Of a stretch of DNA of 11,899 nt, positions 1 through 8,240 are shown piece by piece. The notes beneath the pieces were generated by a model. It was given only the letters and a program-made list of their open reading frames with translations, was not told the origin of the DNA and ran no database searches. The stretch is from Tolypothrix carrinoi HA7290-LM1 (lineage in GTDB: Bacteria; Cyanobacteriota; Cyanobacteriia; Cyanobacteriales; Nostocaceae): the NCBI GenBank assembly GCA_019358935.1, contig JAHHIK010000167.1, positions 1 to 11,899 of the forward strand, written 5' to 3'. The first letter of the stretch is position 1, and each line of letters begins with the position of its first letter. The translations under genes were made by a program, and so were the position numbers.

Positions 1-1
1 A

Positions 2-91
2 GACAAATTGAAAGCCGTTCCTAACTGGCAAAAACGGCTTAGAGAATACGTTGAACGGTTGATAGCTGGACAAACGGGAAATGATGGGTAG
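2..91 (+). CDS. 3' end of a small hypothetical protein (...DKLKAVPNWQKRLREYVERLIAGQTGNDG*), start outside the window
   Basis: Manual translation from base 2 is open to TAG at 89-91. The KLKAVPxWQxRLRExVxRLI pattern resembles small cyanobacterial ribbon-helix-helix-like proteins (recalled, unverified). Confidence 0.5.
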   Translation, partial: DKLKAVPNWQKRLREYVERLIAGQTGNDG

Positions 92-104
92 GCTTGTCCA
101 GATA

Positions 105-293
105 TTAGCGAACAGCAACTAACCCTTTACTTCCCGCTTCCGGGTTCAAATCTTCGGTGCGATCTGCCTTCTCTACCTCATCCAAATCCCGGATTTCCCG
201 TAGCAGCTTGTTCGCTATTTTTTGGCGTCTCTCATCATCTAACTCTGGATCACAAACGGCAAAGGTGAATTTAATAATCGGTTCGCCTGTGAT
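105..293 (-). pseudogene. Probable truncated remnant of a small cyanobacterial hypothetical protein (EPIIKFTFAVCDPELDDERRQKIANKLLREIRDLDEVEKADRTEDLNPEAGSKG...)
   Basis: The protein-like part of ORF 105..401 resembles a recalled cyanobacterial family that normally continues well past the GSK motif. Here it stops 5 codons after GSKG, and the expected start position reads ATC rather than ATG. Confidence 0.4.
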
Positions 294-409
294 TTTAACC
301 TTTAAAGTCGCGTCATCTACATGGTAATAGATTACACTTTCACATTTTCCGATTCCGGTCAGAAAAAAGATAGCCCAAAAGCGATCAATAAGCGATCGCA
401 ACGTCTAAT

Positions 410-461
410 AGCCTGCGGAGGCAGGCTTTGTTCGTATAGCCCCACCCTTCTAGGGTGAGGG
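410..461 (+). repeat. Small dispersed double-hairpin repeat (copy 1)
   Basis: AGCCTGC-GGAG-GCAGGCT hairpin, then TTGTTCGTATAGCCCC, then a CACCCT-TCT-AGGGTG hairpin. A related copy lies at 9713..9750 on the - strand. Confidence 0.75.
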
Positions 462-507
462 TAAATAAATCACATAGTTTTGCGTAAATGCGTAGCGTTT
501 TTAAATG

Positions 508-715
508 CATCGCTCTGCATTGGCATAACATCGCTCTGCATTGGCATAACATCGCTCTGCATTGGCATAACATCGCTCTGCATTAACATAACATCGCTCT
601 GCATTGGCATAACATCGCTCTGCATTAACATAACATCGCTCTGCATTAACATAACATCGCTCTGCATTAACATAACATCGCTCTGCATTAACATAACATC
701 GCTCTGCATTGGCAT
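508..715. repeat. 21-bp tandem repeat, about 10 units, CATCGCTCTGCATT(GG/AA)CATAA
   Basis: Nine full units plus a 19-bp partial unit. The two unit variants occur in the order GG,GG,GG,AA,GG,AA,AA,AA,AA,GG. Confidence 0.97.
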
Positions 716-776
716 TGCAGGGTATTGTCTTTCTTTAATTCGCGCTTGTATTAATGAAACGCTGTACTAAGATATA

Positions 777-2291
777 TTAAAAATGCGATAAATTATCTAA
801 TAACTCTGCTGTTTGCTCTGGCTTAACCAAAGTATTCGCGCACAAAATGCCAGATGCAGCCACCGCCGGTACACCGATTCCTGGCATAGTGCTGTCACCA
901 ACGCGATACAATCCAGCAATGGGGGTGTGTGTGCTAGGAAACATTCCCTTACCTGCGGGAATGGCTGGTCCATAAGTTCCCTGATATCTTCTGAGATAAG
1001 AAGCGTGAGTCAGCGGTGTACCGATAAGTTCTAACTCTATGCGATCGCGAATATCTGGAATAATTCTTTCTAAAGCACGATATAAAGATTTTGCTTTTTC
1101 TTGCTTCTTCTGTTCATACCCTGCATTCCGTTCCCATCCCGCTAATGGTTCTAAAGTATAAGCATGAACTACATGATGTTTTTCTGGTGCAAGAGAAGCA
1201 TCCCACACGCTAGGAATCGATATCATGCAAGTATTTCCCGGTGAAGTTATATCTTGCTGTGCATCGTGGACTACCACATGATGTCCCGTCAAATTCTCCA
1301 ACCCTTCGCCACGAATGCCTAAGTGTAAATGCATAAAACTATCCACCGCTGGTGTATCTAGCGAAACTTTACGATAAGATGCGGGTAAGTCTTCCGGACG
1401 TAACAACTTAGTGTAAGTATCCCAAATCGTGGCATTAGAAATCACTACAGGCGCTTTGAGAATTTCACCATTTTGTAACCGCACGCCAACAGCTTTACCA
1501 GATACTAAAATCTGTTCAACATGACATCCCAGCTGCAACTTACCATTAAATTTTTCTAATCCCCGCACCAAAGCCTTGACAATTGCTCCACTACCTCCCA
1601 CAGGATATTCAACCCCAGCACGGGAGCGTTCACCCAACATAAAAGCTACCTCTGGGGCAATAGTACCATGTGCCTTTAAACCAGACAGTAGAAAGCATTC
1701 CAAATCAATCAGCCGTCGCACCCAAGCATCTTTCACTGTTGCATCCATCACATTGCCCACAGAAGCTTGGACAATCGGCAAATTCGGGAGCATTTTCGCC
1801 AAAGATGGCAAATAATGTCTTAGTAATACTAAAATCAACTGCCAATCTGTTCTCAAAGCCAAAGTGGGAATGCCTTTCATCGCTTCATAAAGCGGTAATA
1901 AACGTTGTTCAAACCGCTTTAATTCTTTAGCACCTTGAAGCGTAATTTTCTCCACTTCATGACGGTAACGCTCAGTATTGCTATAAACTGCAAAAGTGCC
2001 TTCAGGAAGGTGATAATGTCCTAAAGGATCGTAAGACACACATAAAAGGGATTCGCCTAAAACATCCAGAACTTGTTTGAGAGGATTTAAACTCTGGGCA
2101 TCAGTCAGACCGCAGTAAAAAGAGGGACCGGAATCAAATTCAAATTTTCGTCGTCTGAAGCTATGAGCAGCACCACCAGCAATTGTATGGCTTTCACAAA
2201 CAATTACTCGCTTGCCATAACGTGCAAGTAATCCAGCAGCACACAATCCGCCGATACCGCTACCAATGACTATGACATCACAATCTTGCAT
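777..2291 (-). CDS. FAD-dependent oxidoreductase, phytoene desaturase/carotenoid isomerase (CrtISO-like) family
   Basis: 504 aa. N-terminal dinucleotide-binding motif VIVIGSGIGGL...E, then GGAAHSF...FDSGPS and YPVGGSGAIVKAL. C-terminal GLYRVGDSTMPGIGVPAVAASG. It looks like the CrtISO paralog group rather than canonical CrtH. Confidence 0.88.
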   Translation of the reverse strand: MQDCDVIVIGSGIGGLCAAGLLARYGKRVIVCESHTIAGGAAHSFRRRKFEFDSGPSFYCGLTDAQSLNPLKQVLDVLGESLLCVSYDPLGHYHLPEGTFAVYSNTERYRHEVEKITLQGAKELKRFEQRLLPLYEAMKGIPTLALRTDWQLILVLLRHYLPSLAKMLPNLPIVQASVGNVMDATVKDAWVRRLIDLECFLLSGLKAHGTIAPEVAFMLGERSRAGVEYPVGGSGAIVKALVRGLEKFNGKLQLGCHVEQILVSGKAVGVRLQNGEILKAPVVISNATIWDTYTKLLRPEDLPASYRKVSLDTPAVDSFMHLHLGIRGEGLENLTGHHVVVHDAQQDITSPGNTCMISIPSVWDASLAPEKHHVVHAYTLEPLAGWERNAGYEQKKQEKAKSLYRALERIIPDIRDRIELELIGTPLTHASYLRRYQGTYGPAIPAGKGMFPSTHTPIAGLYRVGDSTMPGIGVPAVAASGILCANTLVKPEQTAELLDNLSHF

Positions 2292-2297
2292 TTTTGT

Positions 2298-2475
2298 TAT
2301 TGGTTAGTTAGTTGTTAGTAGTTAGTTGTTAGTGGTTAGTGGTTAGTTGTTAGTGGTTATTTGCCCAATGCCCAATGACGGCAGATGCTCCACGCAGGTG
2401 AACCCCAAGACCGCACTGCCTCCCGAATGCCCATTGCCCATTGCCCCATGCCCAATTCCCAATGCCCCATGCCCA
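2298..2475. repeat. STRR-type 7-bp tandem repeats (TTAGTGG/TTAGTTG; CCCAATG/CCCCATG-like) flanking a small dispersed repeat core at about 2377..2424
   Basis: The heptamer tracts are read directly from the sequence. The core has inverted arms GGCAGATGC (2380-2388) and GCACTGCC (2413-2420). Confidence 0.9.
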
Positions 2476-3255
2476 ATGAATAAACCATTAATTGAACTTA
2501 AAGGTGTTTCTAAGTCGTTTGGTGACAATAAAGTTTTAGACAATGTAGACTTGACAATTTACCAGGGAGAAGCATTAGGAATTATTGGTCCTAGCGGTAC
2601 TGGTAAATCAACAATTTTACGGGTAATTGCGGGATTAACGGCTCCCGATGCTGGAGAAATTTATGTACAAGGGGTACGGCGAGAAGGTTTGATAGAAGAT
2701 GGTGCCGATCCGGTTGGGATTGGGATGGTGTTTCAGCAGGCAGCATTATTCGATTCATTGACAGTCGAGCAGAATGTGGGGTTTTTACTTTATCAATACT
2801 CAAAAATACCGCGATCGCGCATTCGAGAACTGGTAAATGAAAAATTAGACATGGTAGGTTTGTCAGGAATCGGTTCGCGCTATCCTAGTGAACTTTCCGG
2901 AGGAATGCGAAAACGTGTCAGTTTTGCGCGTGCAGTTGTGTCTAACCCAGACAAACCACAAGACGCACCAGCAGTTTTACTATACGATGAGCCGACAGCC
3001 GGACTTGACCCAATTGCCTCTACAGTTATAGAAGATTTAATTCGCCAATTACAATGTACTCAAGGAGTCTGTGGTACTTATGCCATTGTTACCCACCAAG
3101 AGAGTACTATTCGTCGTACCGCTGATCGAGTTATTTTTCTCTATCAAGGTAAAGTGCAGTGGCAAGGTAGTATAGATGAACTTGAGAAAACAGAACATCC
3201 TTTGATTAAACAATTTCTCAGTGGGAGTGTGCATGGACCGATTCATGTCGGCTAG
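2476..3255 (+). CDS. mlaF: ABC transporter ATP-binding protein, MlaF/Mkl/TGD3 type (lipid transport)
   Basis: Walker A GPSGTGKS, Q-loop VFQQAALFDS, signature LSGGMRKRV, Walker B LLYDEPTAGLDP and H-loop VTH; adjacent to an MCE gene. True start taken as ATG 2476 (MNKPLIELK, 259 aa), because the upstream extension is translated STRR. Confidence 0.9.
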   Translation: MNKPLIELKGVSKSFGDNKVLDNVDLTIYQGEALGIIGPSGTGKSTILRVIAGLTAPDAGEIYVQGVRREGLIEDGADPVGIGMVFQQAALFDSLTVEQNVGFLLYQYSKIPRSRIRELVNEKLDMVGLSGIGSRYPSELSGGMRKRVSFARAVVSNPDKPQDAPAVLLYDEPTAGLDPIASTVIEDLIRQLQCTQGVCGTYAIVTHQESTIRRTADRVIFLYQGKVQWQGSIDELEKTEHPLIKQFLSGSVHGPIHVG

Positions 3256-3272
3256 ATGGCAGAAGGAGAAAA

Positions 3273-4778
3273 ATGCGATCGCGAACATTTAGAGAAGGTT
3301 CTGTAGGGTTATTGCTTTTGGCAGGATTAGGGGTATTTGGATTGATTCTGCTGTGGTTGAATAGAGTTACTACATCTCAACGTTCATACAAAGTTATTAT
3401 CGAGTTTGCTAACGCCACCGGAATGCAAAAGGGAACACTTGTTCGCTATCGCGGGGTGAAAGTAGGCAGTGTTTCTAAAATTCGACCAGGTTTAAATAAC
3501 GTTGAAGTGGAAGTTGATATTTCTCAACCTGAATTGAAAATCCCCCGTGATGTATTAGTTGAAGCTAATCAGTCCGGTTTGATTAGCGAAAGCATTATCG
3601 ACATCACACCAAAAGCAACGTTAATTCAAGCGACTGATGTCGCTAAACCCACAGAAACAAATTGCAATCCCCAGATTATTGTCTGTAATGGATCTCGCTT
3701 AAAAGGTCAGGTTGGCATCAGCGTTGATGAGCTGATTCGCAGTTCAACTGCGCTATCTGTTGCATACAGTAATCCGAAATTTTATAACACTGTCAATAAA
3801 ACGCTAGAAACTGCCTCTCAAGCAGCCGTCAGTGTAGCAGCTTTAAGTCGAGAACTCCAGGTTTTGAGCAAAAATGCACAACAACAATTAGGCACATTTT
3901 CCGCTACAGCTAATTCAGTGCAACGGGCAACAGATAAACTTAGTACATCTACCAATCAAACAGTAAATCAATTCGGTACGACAGCTAGGCAATTTAGCAC
4001 AACTGCAACTGAATTTAGTACAACCGCACAGGAATTTGGTACAACCGCAAAAACTATAAGTTCAACCGCAAATCAAGCAAAAAGTTTGGTGACAAATCTC
4101 GATAATTTGGTGACAACAAATCGCTCAACGCTGGTCGGTACATTAAATAATCTTAGCCAAGCCAGCGATCAACTGCGCGTTACAGTCAGCAGTTTATCAC
4201 CAACTGTCAATCGCTTCACCCAAGGAAAATTACTGGAAAATTTAGAAACTCTCTCAGCAAATGCAGCGCAAGCGTCAACAAATTTACGCAATGCTACCCA
4301 AAGCTTCAACGATCCAAATAACCGACTGCTATTGCAACAAACTTTGGATTCGGCACGGGTAACATTTGAAAATACCCAAAAAATTACATCTGATTTAGAT
4401 GAGTTGACCGGCGATCCCGCTTTTAGAAATAATTTACGGCAATTGGTGAATGGTTTAAGTACTTTGGTTTCTTCCACAGAGCAGATGCAACAGCAAGTGC
4501 AAATTGCTGATACTTTAGACTCTTTGAAAGCATCTGTTAATAAATCAGATTTGGTTATTTCTAGCCCAACAACCCAAAAGGTGATGATTATTGATACATC
4601 ATCTGCTACTTTTAAAAGTGCTGCCAAAAAGCCAGAAATCACAATTAGTTCAAGTACTTTAACTTCATCCCAAGCACGCTTGTTGAAGCAGTTGCGCGAG
4701 TATAAAGAGCAGCAAAATAAACTTCAGTTGTCCAAACAGGCAGAGCAGACGGGATTTAGGCTGACGACTGATAACTAA
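3273..4778 (+). CDS. mlaD: MCE/MlaD family protein (TGD2/Ycf22-like) with long helical C-terminal region
   Basis: N-terminal TM anchor (REGSVGLLLLAGLGVFGLILLWL) and MCE domain (FANATGMQKGTLVRYRGVKVGSV...QSGLISESIIDITP). RBS AAGGAG at 3263-3268; the gene starts 17 bp after mlaF. Confidence 0.9.
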   Translation: MRSRTFREGSVGLLLLAGLGVFGLILLWLNRVTTSQRSYKVIIEFANATGMQKGTLVRYRGVKVGSVSKIRPGLNNVEVEVDISQPELKIPRDVLVEANQSGLISESIIDITPKATLIQATDVAKPTETNCNPQIIVCNGSRLKGQVGISVDELIRSSTALSVAYSNPKFYNTVNKTLETASQAAVSVAALSRELQVLSKNAQQQLGTFSATANSVQRATDKLSTSTNQTVNQFGTTARQFSTTATEFSTTAQEFGTTAKTISSTANQAKSLVTNLDNLVTTNRSTLVGTLNNLSQASDQLRVTVSSLSPTVNRFTQGKLLENLETLSANAAQASTNLRNATQSFNDPNNRLLLQQTLDSARVTFENTQKITSDLDELTGDPAFRNNLRQLVNGLSTLVSSTEQMQQQVQIADTLDSLKASVNKSDLVISSPTTQKVMIIDTSSATFKSAAKKPEITISSSTLTSSQARLLKQLREYKEQQNKLQLSKQAEQTGFRLTTDN

Positions 4779-4780
4779 GT

Positions 4781-4910
4781 ATGGGGCATTGGGCATTGGG
4801 CATCGGGCAATGGGCATTAGTAATTAATAATTGTCCCCCTTGTCTCCCTTGTCTCCCTGCCCCCTGCCCCCTGCCCCCTGCCCCCTGCCCCATTCCCCAT
4901 TCCCCATTAC
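4781..4910. repeat. STRR-type mosaic (GGGCATT, TTGTCTCCC, CCCCTGC, CCCCATT units) between convergent genes
   Basis: Tandem 7- and 9-mers are directly visible. The GGGCA and TGCCC tracts are mutually complementary. Confidence 0.92.
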
Positions 4911-5207
4911 CTAATTCCAATCTTGTTCTTCTTTTTTGCCGCGAGTTTCGTAAATCTTCGCAAAGTTGTGAATTTGGCGGGTTTTCTGATAAAGTTCTGC
5001 TTCCGTCAAACCCCAAGTAAGCAAGACTCGATCTAAAGTCTGTTGGATGTCTCTCGCACCTGGAAAGCCTTGATAACGAATTCGCAGTCTGGCAAGTTCC
5101 GCCAAATTGTAATCTGTTGGCTCTTGAGATAGTAAACTATCTATTAGAGGGCGATCGCGATTGTAAAGCGGATGTTGTTGGTCTTTACCTGCGGATGCGT
5201 CTGTCAT
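4911..5207 (-). CDS. Conserved cyanobacterial protein, DUF3288-like
   Basis: 98 aa with QQHPLY..DR, YNLAELARLRIRYQGFPGARDIQ and WGLTEAELY.KTRQIH, matching the recalled DUF3288 pattern. Confidence 0.8.
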   Translation of the reverse strand: MTDASAGKDQQHPLYNRDRPLIDSLLSQEPTDYNLAELARLRIRYQGFPGARDIQQTLDRVLLTWGLTEAELYQKTRQIHNFAKIYETRGKKEEQDWN

Positions 5208-5249
5208 TATTTACACCGATTTAAAATTTTATATTTTGCAAAGGTTTAA

Positions 5250-5355
5250 GAGCCAAAACTTATTATTTTGGGCTTCCACAGGCTCTCCAGCCTCTCCAAT
5301 TTACTACTAGACGGCAACCACACCTGAGCCTTACGGCTCTCACTACTGCCACTTC
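5250..5355 (-). ncRNA. Candidate structured RNA or 5' leader upstream of the DUF3288-like gene
   Basis: GC-rich island in an AT-rich spacer. On the - strand, GUGGCAGU...GUUGCCGU encloses GAGCC-GUAA-GGCUC (GNRA loop), followed by AGGCU-GGAG-AGCCU and a third hairpin. Confidence 0.35.
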
Positions 5356-5405
5356 ACTTTAAATAAAGATACATTGTCCTTAAGAAAATACATGAAAGTT
5401 TAAAA

Positions 5406-5435
5406 AGAGTGAAGATTATTTCACTCTAGTATAAG
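5406..5435 (+). promoter_or_regulatory. Inverted repeat AGAGTGAA-N6-TTCACTCT abutting a possible -10 element (TAGTAT/TATAAG) of clpC
   Basis: Perfect 8-bp arms at 5406-5413 and 5420-5427, about 30 bp upstream of ATG 5457. Confidence 0.4.
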
Positions 5436-5456
5436 CAGCAAGGGAGCAAGCCCGTT

Positions 5457-7901
5457 ATGTTTGAACACTTCACTTCCGAAGCCATTAGAGTAATTATGTT
5501 AGCTCAGGAGGAAGCTCGGCGCCTGGGACACAACTTTGTCGGCACAGAACAGATTCTCCTGGGCTTGATGGGAGAAGGAACTGGGGTGGCTGCTAAAGTG
5601 CTAACTGAATTGGGTGTTACCCTTAAAGACGCACGTCGAGAAGTAGAAAAAATCATTGGTCGCGGTACTGGCTTTGTACCACCAGAAATTCCCTTTACAC
5701 CGAAAGTAAAAAGCCTGTTTGAGCAATCATTTAAAGAAGCTCGCAGTCTGGGACACAACTACATAAACACAGAACATCTACTTTTGGGATTGACCGAAGC
5801 TGGTGAGGGTGTCGCTGCCAAAGTTCTGCAAAATCTGGGAGTTGAGCTACAGAGTGTTCGCAGTGCAGTCATTCGCCGTTTGGGTGATGATGCAAGTGTT
5901 ACCGCTGGTGGTGGTCAAAAACGCACCCAAAACCTAACTATAGAAGAGTTTGGCAGAAATCTCACCAAACTAGCCAAAGAAGGCAAGATTGACCCTGTAG
6001 TTGGTCGAGAAAAAGAAATTGAGCGTGCCGTGCAAATTCTCGGTCGTCGCACGAAGAATAACCCAGTATTGATTGGCGAACCGGGAGTAGGCAAAACAGC
6101 GATCGCCGAAGGTCTAGCACAACGCATTATAAATCAAGATGTGCCCGATATTTTGCAAGACAAGCAAGTTATCAGCCTAGACATGGGTTCGGTGGTGTCA
6201 GGTACTCGCTTCCGTGGCGATTTTGAAGAACGCCTGAAGAAAATCATGGATGAAATCCGCACGGCGGGTAATATCATCCTCGTGATAGATGAAATTCACA
6301 CGCTTGTTGGTGCTGGTGGTACAGAAGGCGGTTTGGATGCTTCTAACATCCTCAAGCCAGCATTAGCGCGGGGTGAACTTCAGTGCTTGGGAGCAACTAC
6401 CCTTGATGAGTATCGCAAGCACATCGAGCGCGATGCGGCTCTAGAGCGTCGTTTCCAACCGATTATGGTCGGCGAACCGACTGTACAGGAAACCATCGAG
6501 ATTCTACAGGGTTTGCGGAGCGTTTACGAGCAGCACCACAGAGTCACAATTTCTGATGCAGCGCTAAAAGCTGCGGCTGAATTGTCAGACCGCTATATTA
6601 GCGATCGCTTTCTCCCAGATAAAGCCATAGACTTGATTGATGAAGCCGGTTCTCGCGTTCGTCTGCGGAACTCGATGTCCTCTACCAACAAAGAACTCAA
6701 GCGCCAACTCATTAGCGTTTCCAAAGCTAAAGACGAAGCCGTTAGAGTCCAAGATTTTGACAAAGCAGGACAAATGCGCGACCAAGAGTTAGAAATTGAA
6801 GCGCAACTGCAATTAGAATCACAAAACGAGACATTCAACGGCATCGTTGATGAAGAAGACATCGCCCAAATCGTCGCTTCCTGGACTGGTGTACCCGTCA
6901 ACAAGCTGACCGAATCTGAGTCAGAGTTGCTTCTACACTTAGAAGATACTCTCCACCAACGGCTTATCGGTCAAGAACAAGCTGTCACCTCAGTATCTCG
7001 CGCTATCCGTCGCGCTAGAGTTGGCTTAAAGAATCCCAACCGTCCGATCGCTAGCTTTATTTTCTCCGGTCCCACCGGCGTTGGTAAAACCGAGTTAGCA
7101 AAATCATTAGCGAGTTACTTCTTCGGTTCCGAAGAATCAATGATTCGTCTGGATATGTCGGAATACATGGAACGCCACACCGTTTCTAAGTTAATTGGTT
7201 CGCCTCCTGGTTACGTCGGATACGACGAAGGCGGACAACTAACCGAAGCCGTGCGCCGCAGACCATACACAGTGCTGCTATTCGACGAAATCGAAAAAGC
7301 ACACCCCGATGTATTCAATATGCTGCTGCAAATCTTAGATGACGGTCATCTCAGCGATGCGAAAGGTCGAAAAGTGGACTTTAAGAACACTTTGATTATC
7401 TTGACTTCTAACATCGGTTCTAAGGTGATTGAAAAAGGTGGCGGTGGTTTGGGCTTCGATTTCAGCGAAAATGCAGCTGATGCAAATTACACCCGCATCA
7501 AAACTTTGGTGAACGAAGAATTGAAGGCTTACTTCCGTCCTGAGTTCCTCAACCGTCTGGATGAGATTATCGTCTTCACTCAGTTGAACAAAGAAGAAGT
7601 CAAGCAAATCGCCGAAATCATGCTTAAAGAAGTTGCAGGTCGCTTGACCGAAAGGGGAATTACCTTAGAAGTCACAGAACGCTTTAAAGAGCGTGTGGTA
7701 CAAGAAGGTTATGACCCCAGCTACGGTGCTAGACCTTTACGTAGAGCGATTATGCGGCTTTTGGAAGATTCTCTCGCCGAAGCTATGCTATCCGGTCAAG
7801 TTGTCGATGGAGACTCAGCTATTGTTGACGTTGACGACGACGGTCAAGTGGTAGTACGCAAGACAGAAAAACGCGAGTTGTTATTAGCGAGTGTTGGCTA
7901 A
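5457..7901 (+). CDS. clpC: ATP-dependent Clp protease ATP-binding subunit, ClpC family (probably a second paralog)
   Basis: 814 aa. Double Clp-N repeats ([22 protein letters not shown] / [19 protein letters not shown]), AAA1 [15 protein letters not shown]-type middle domain ([18 protein letters not shown]), AAA2 [17 protein letters not shown], and a ClpP-docking LGF loop. Confidence 0.95.
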   Translation: MFEHFTSEAIRVIMLAQEEARRLGHNFVGTEQILLGLMGEGTGVAAKVLTELGVTLKDARREVEKIIGRGTGFVPPEIPFTPKVKSLFEQSFKEARSLGHNYINTEHLLLGLTEAGEGVAAKVLQNLGVELQSVRSAVIRRLGDDASVTAGGGQKRTQNLTIEEFGRNLTKLAKEGKIDPVVGREKEIERAVQILGRRTKNNPVLIGEPGVGKTAIAEGLAQRIINQDVPDILQDKQVISLDMGSVVSGTRFRGDFEERLKKIMDEIRTAGNIILVIDEIHTLVGAGGTEGGLDASNILKPALARGELQCLGATTLDEYRKHIERDAALERRFQPIMVGEPTVQETIEILQGLRSVYEQHHRVTISDAALKAAAELSDRYISDRFLPDKAIDLIDEAGSRVRLRNSMSSTNKELKRQLISVSKAKDEAVRVQDFDKAGQMRDQELEIEAQLQLESQNETFNGIVDEEDIAQIVASWTGVPVNKLTESESELLLHLEDTLHQRLIGQEQAVTSVSRAIRRARVGLKNPNRPIASFIFSGPTGVGKTELAKSLASYFFGSEESMIRLDMSEYMERHTVSKLIGSPPGYVGYDEGGQLTEAVRRRPYTVLLFDEIEKAHPDVFNMLLQILDDGHLSDAKGRKVDFKNTLIILTSNIGSKVIEKGGGGLGFDFSENAADANYTRIKTLVNEELKAYFRPEFLNRLDEIIVFTQLNKEEVKQIAEIMLKEVAGRLTERGITLEVTERFKERVVQEGYDPSYGARPLRRAIMRLLEDSLAEAMLSGQVVDGDSAIVDVDDDGQVVVRKTEKRELLLASVG

Positions 7902-7939
7902 TCGATTGAATCAAGTACAAATGAAATGCTAATCGTCTT

Positions 7940-7969
7940 AACCCCTGGTAGAAATACTAGGGGTTTTTT
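7940..7969 (+). terminator. Intrinsic terminator of clpC
   Basis: AACCCCTGGTA-GAAA-TACTAGGGGTT hairpin running into a T tract, about 40 bp after the stop. Confidence 0.85.
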
Positions 7970-8041
7970 GTCGGGCTGGTAACAACTTTTAACTAATATA
8001 GCGGTTCTGTTGTTGGATGCAATACACAACGATACCGCAGC

Positions 8042-8069
8042 GTAGGGACAATTCATGAATTGTCCCTAC
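8042..8069. repeat. GTAG-type REP-like palindrome
   Basis: Perfect 28-bp palindrome GTAGGGACAATTCATGAATTGTCCCTAC. Confidence 0.8.
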
Positions 8070-8075
8070 TATATA

Positions 8076-8116
8076 AAAAGCAAGTAGGGGTAGAACTGAA
8101 ATTCTACCCCTATTTT
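8076..8116. terminator. Hairpin, likely terminator for the PEP-CTERM gene or bidirectional
   Basis: TAGGGGTAGAA-CTGAAA-TTCTACCCCTA, with an A-run on the left and a T-run on the right. Confidence 0.6.
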
Positions 8117-8240
8117 AAATTTATAATTAATTTATGACTGTTAAATGCAATCTGTCCTCACACCAGATTTATCTCAATTGAGTTGCTGAAAAGTTGCCAA
8201 AATCAACTTATTAAATTTAGCAAACTGTGAAGTACAAAAC

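Noticed and set aside
508..715. CRISPR array
   Set aside because: Units are directly adjacent with no unique spacers, and there are no cas genes in the window. The same applies to 11272..11502.
385..770. ORFs 385..573, 470..715 and 480..770 as real proteins
   Set aside because: They are translations of the 21-bp repeat, open only because the unit length is a multiple of three. No other coding evidence.
777..2291. Assigning gene symbol crtH or crtI
   Set aside because: The family is clear, but motifs (FDSGPSFYCGL, SLNPLKQVL) differ from canonical CrtH as I recall it. Orthology needs a phylogeny.
2347..2475. N-terminal 43-aa extension of the ABC ATPase and antisense ORF 2343..2543
   Set aside because: The Pro/Cys-rich text is translated STRR; the ATPase fold starts at MNKPLIELK (2476).
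4756..5020. ORFs 4756..5016 (-) and 4781..5020 (+)
   Set aside because: Translated STRR repeats that overlap the better-supported DUF3288-like gene.
5310..5355. Hammerhead ribozyme, tRNA or SRP RNA
   Set aside because: No CUGANGA/GAAA core, no cloverleaf or T-loop, and no SRP domain IV motif.
5406..5427. CIRCE (HrcA operator) upstream of clpC
   Set aside because: CIRCE is TTAGCACTC-N9-GAGTGCTAA; here GAGTG and CACTC occur in the opposite order with different spacing.
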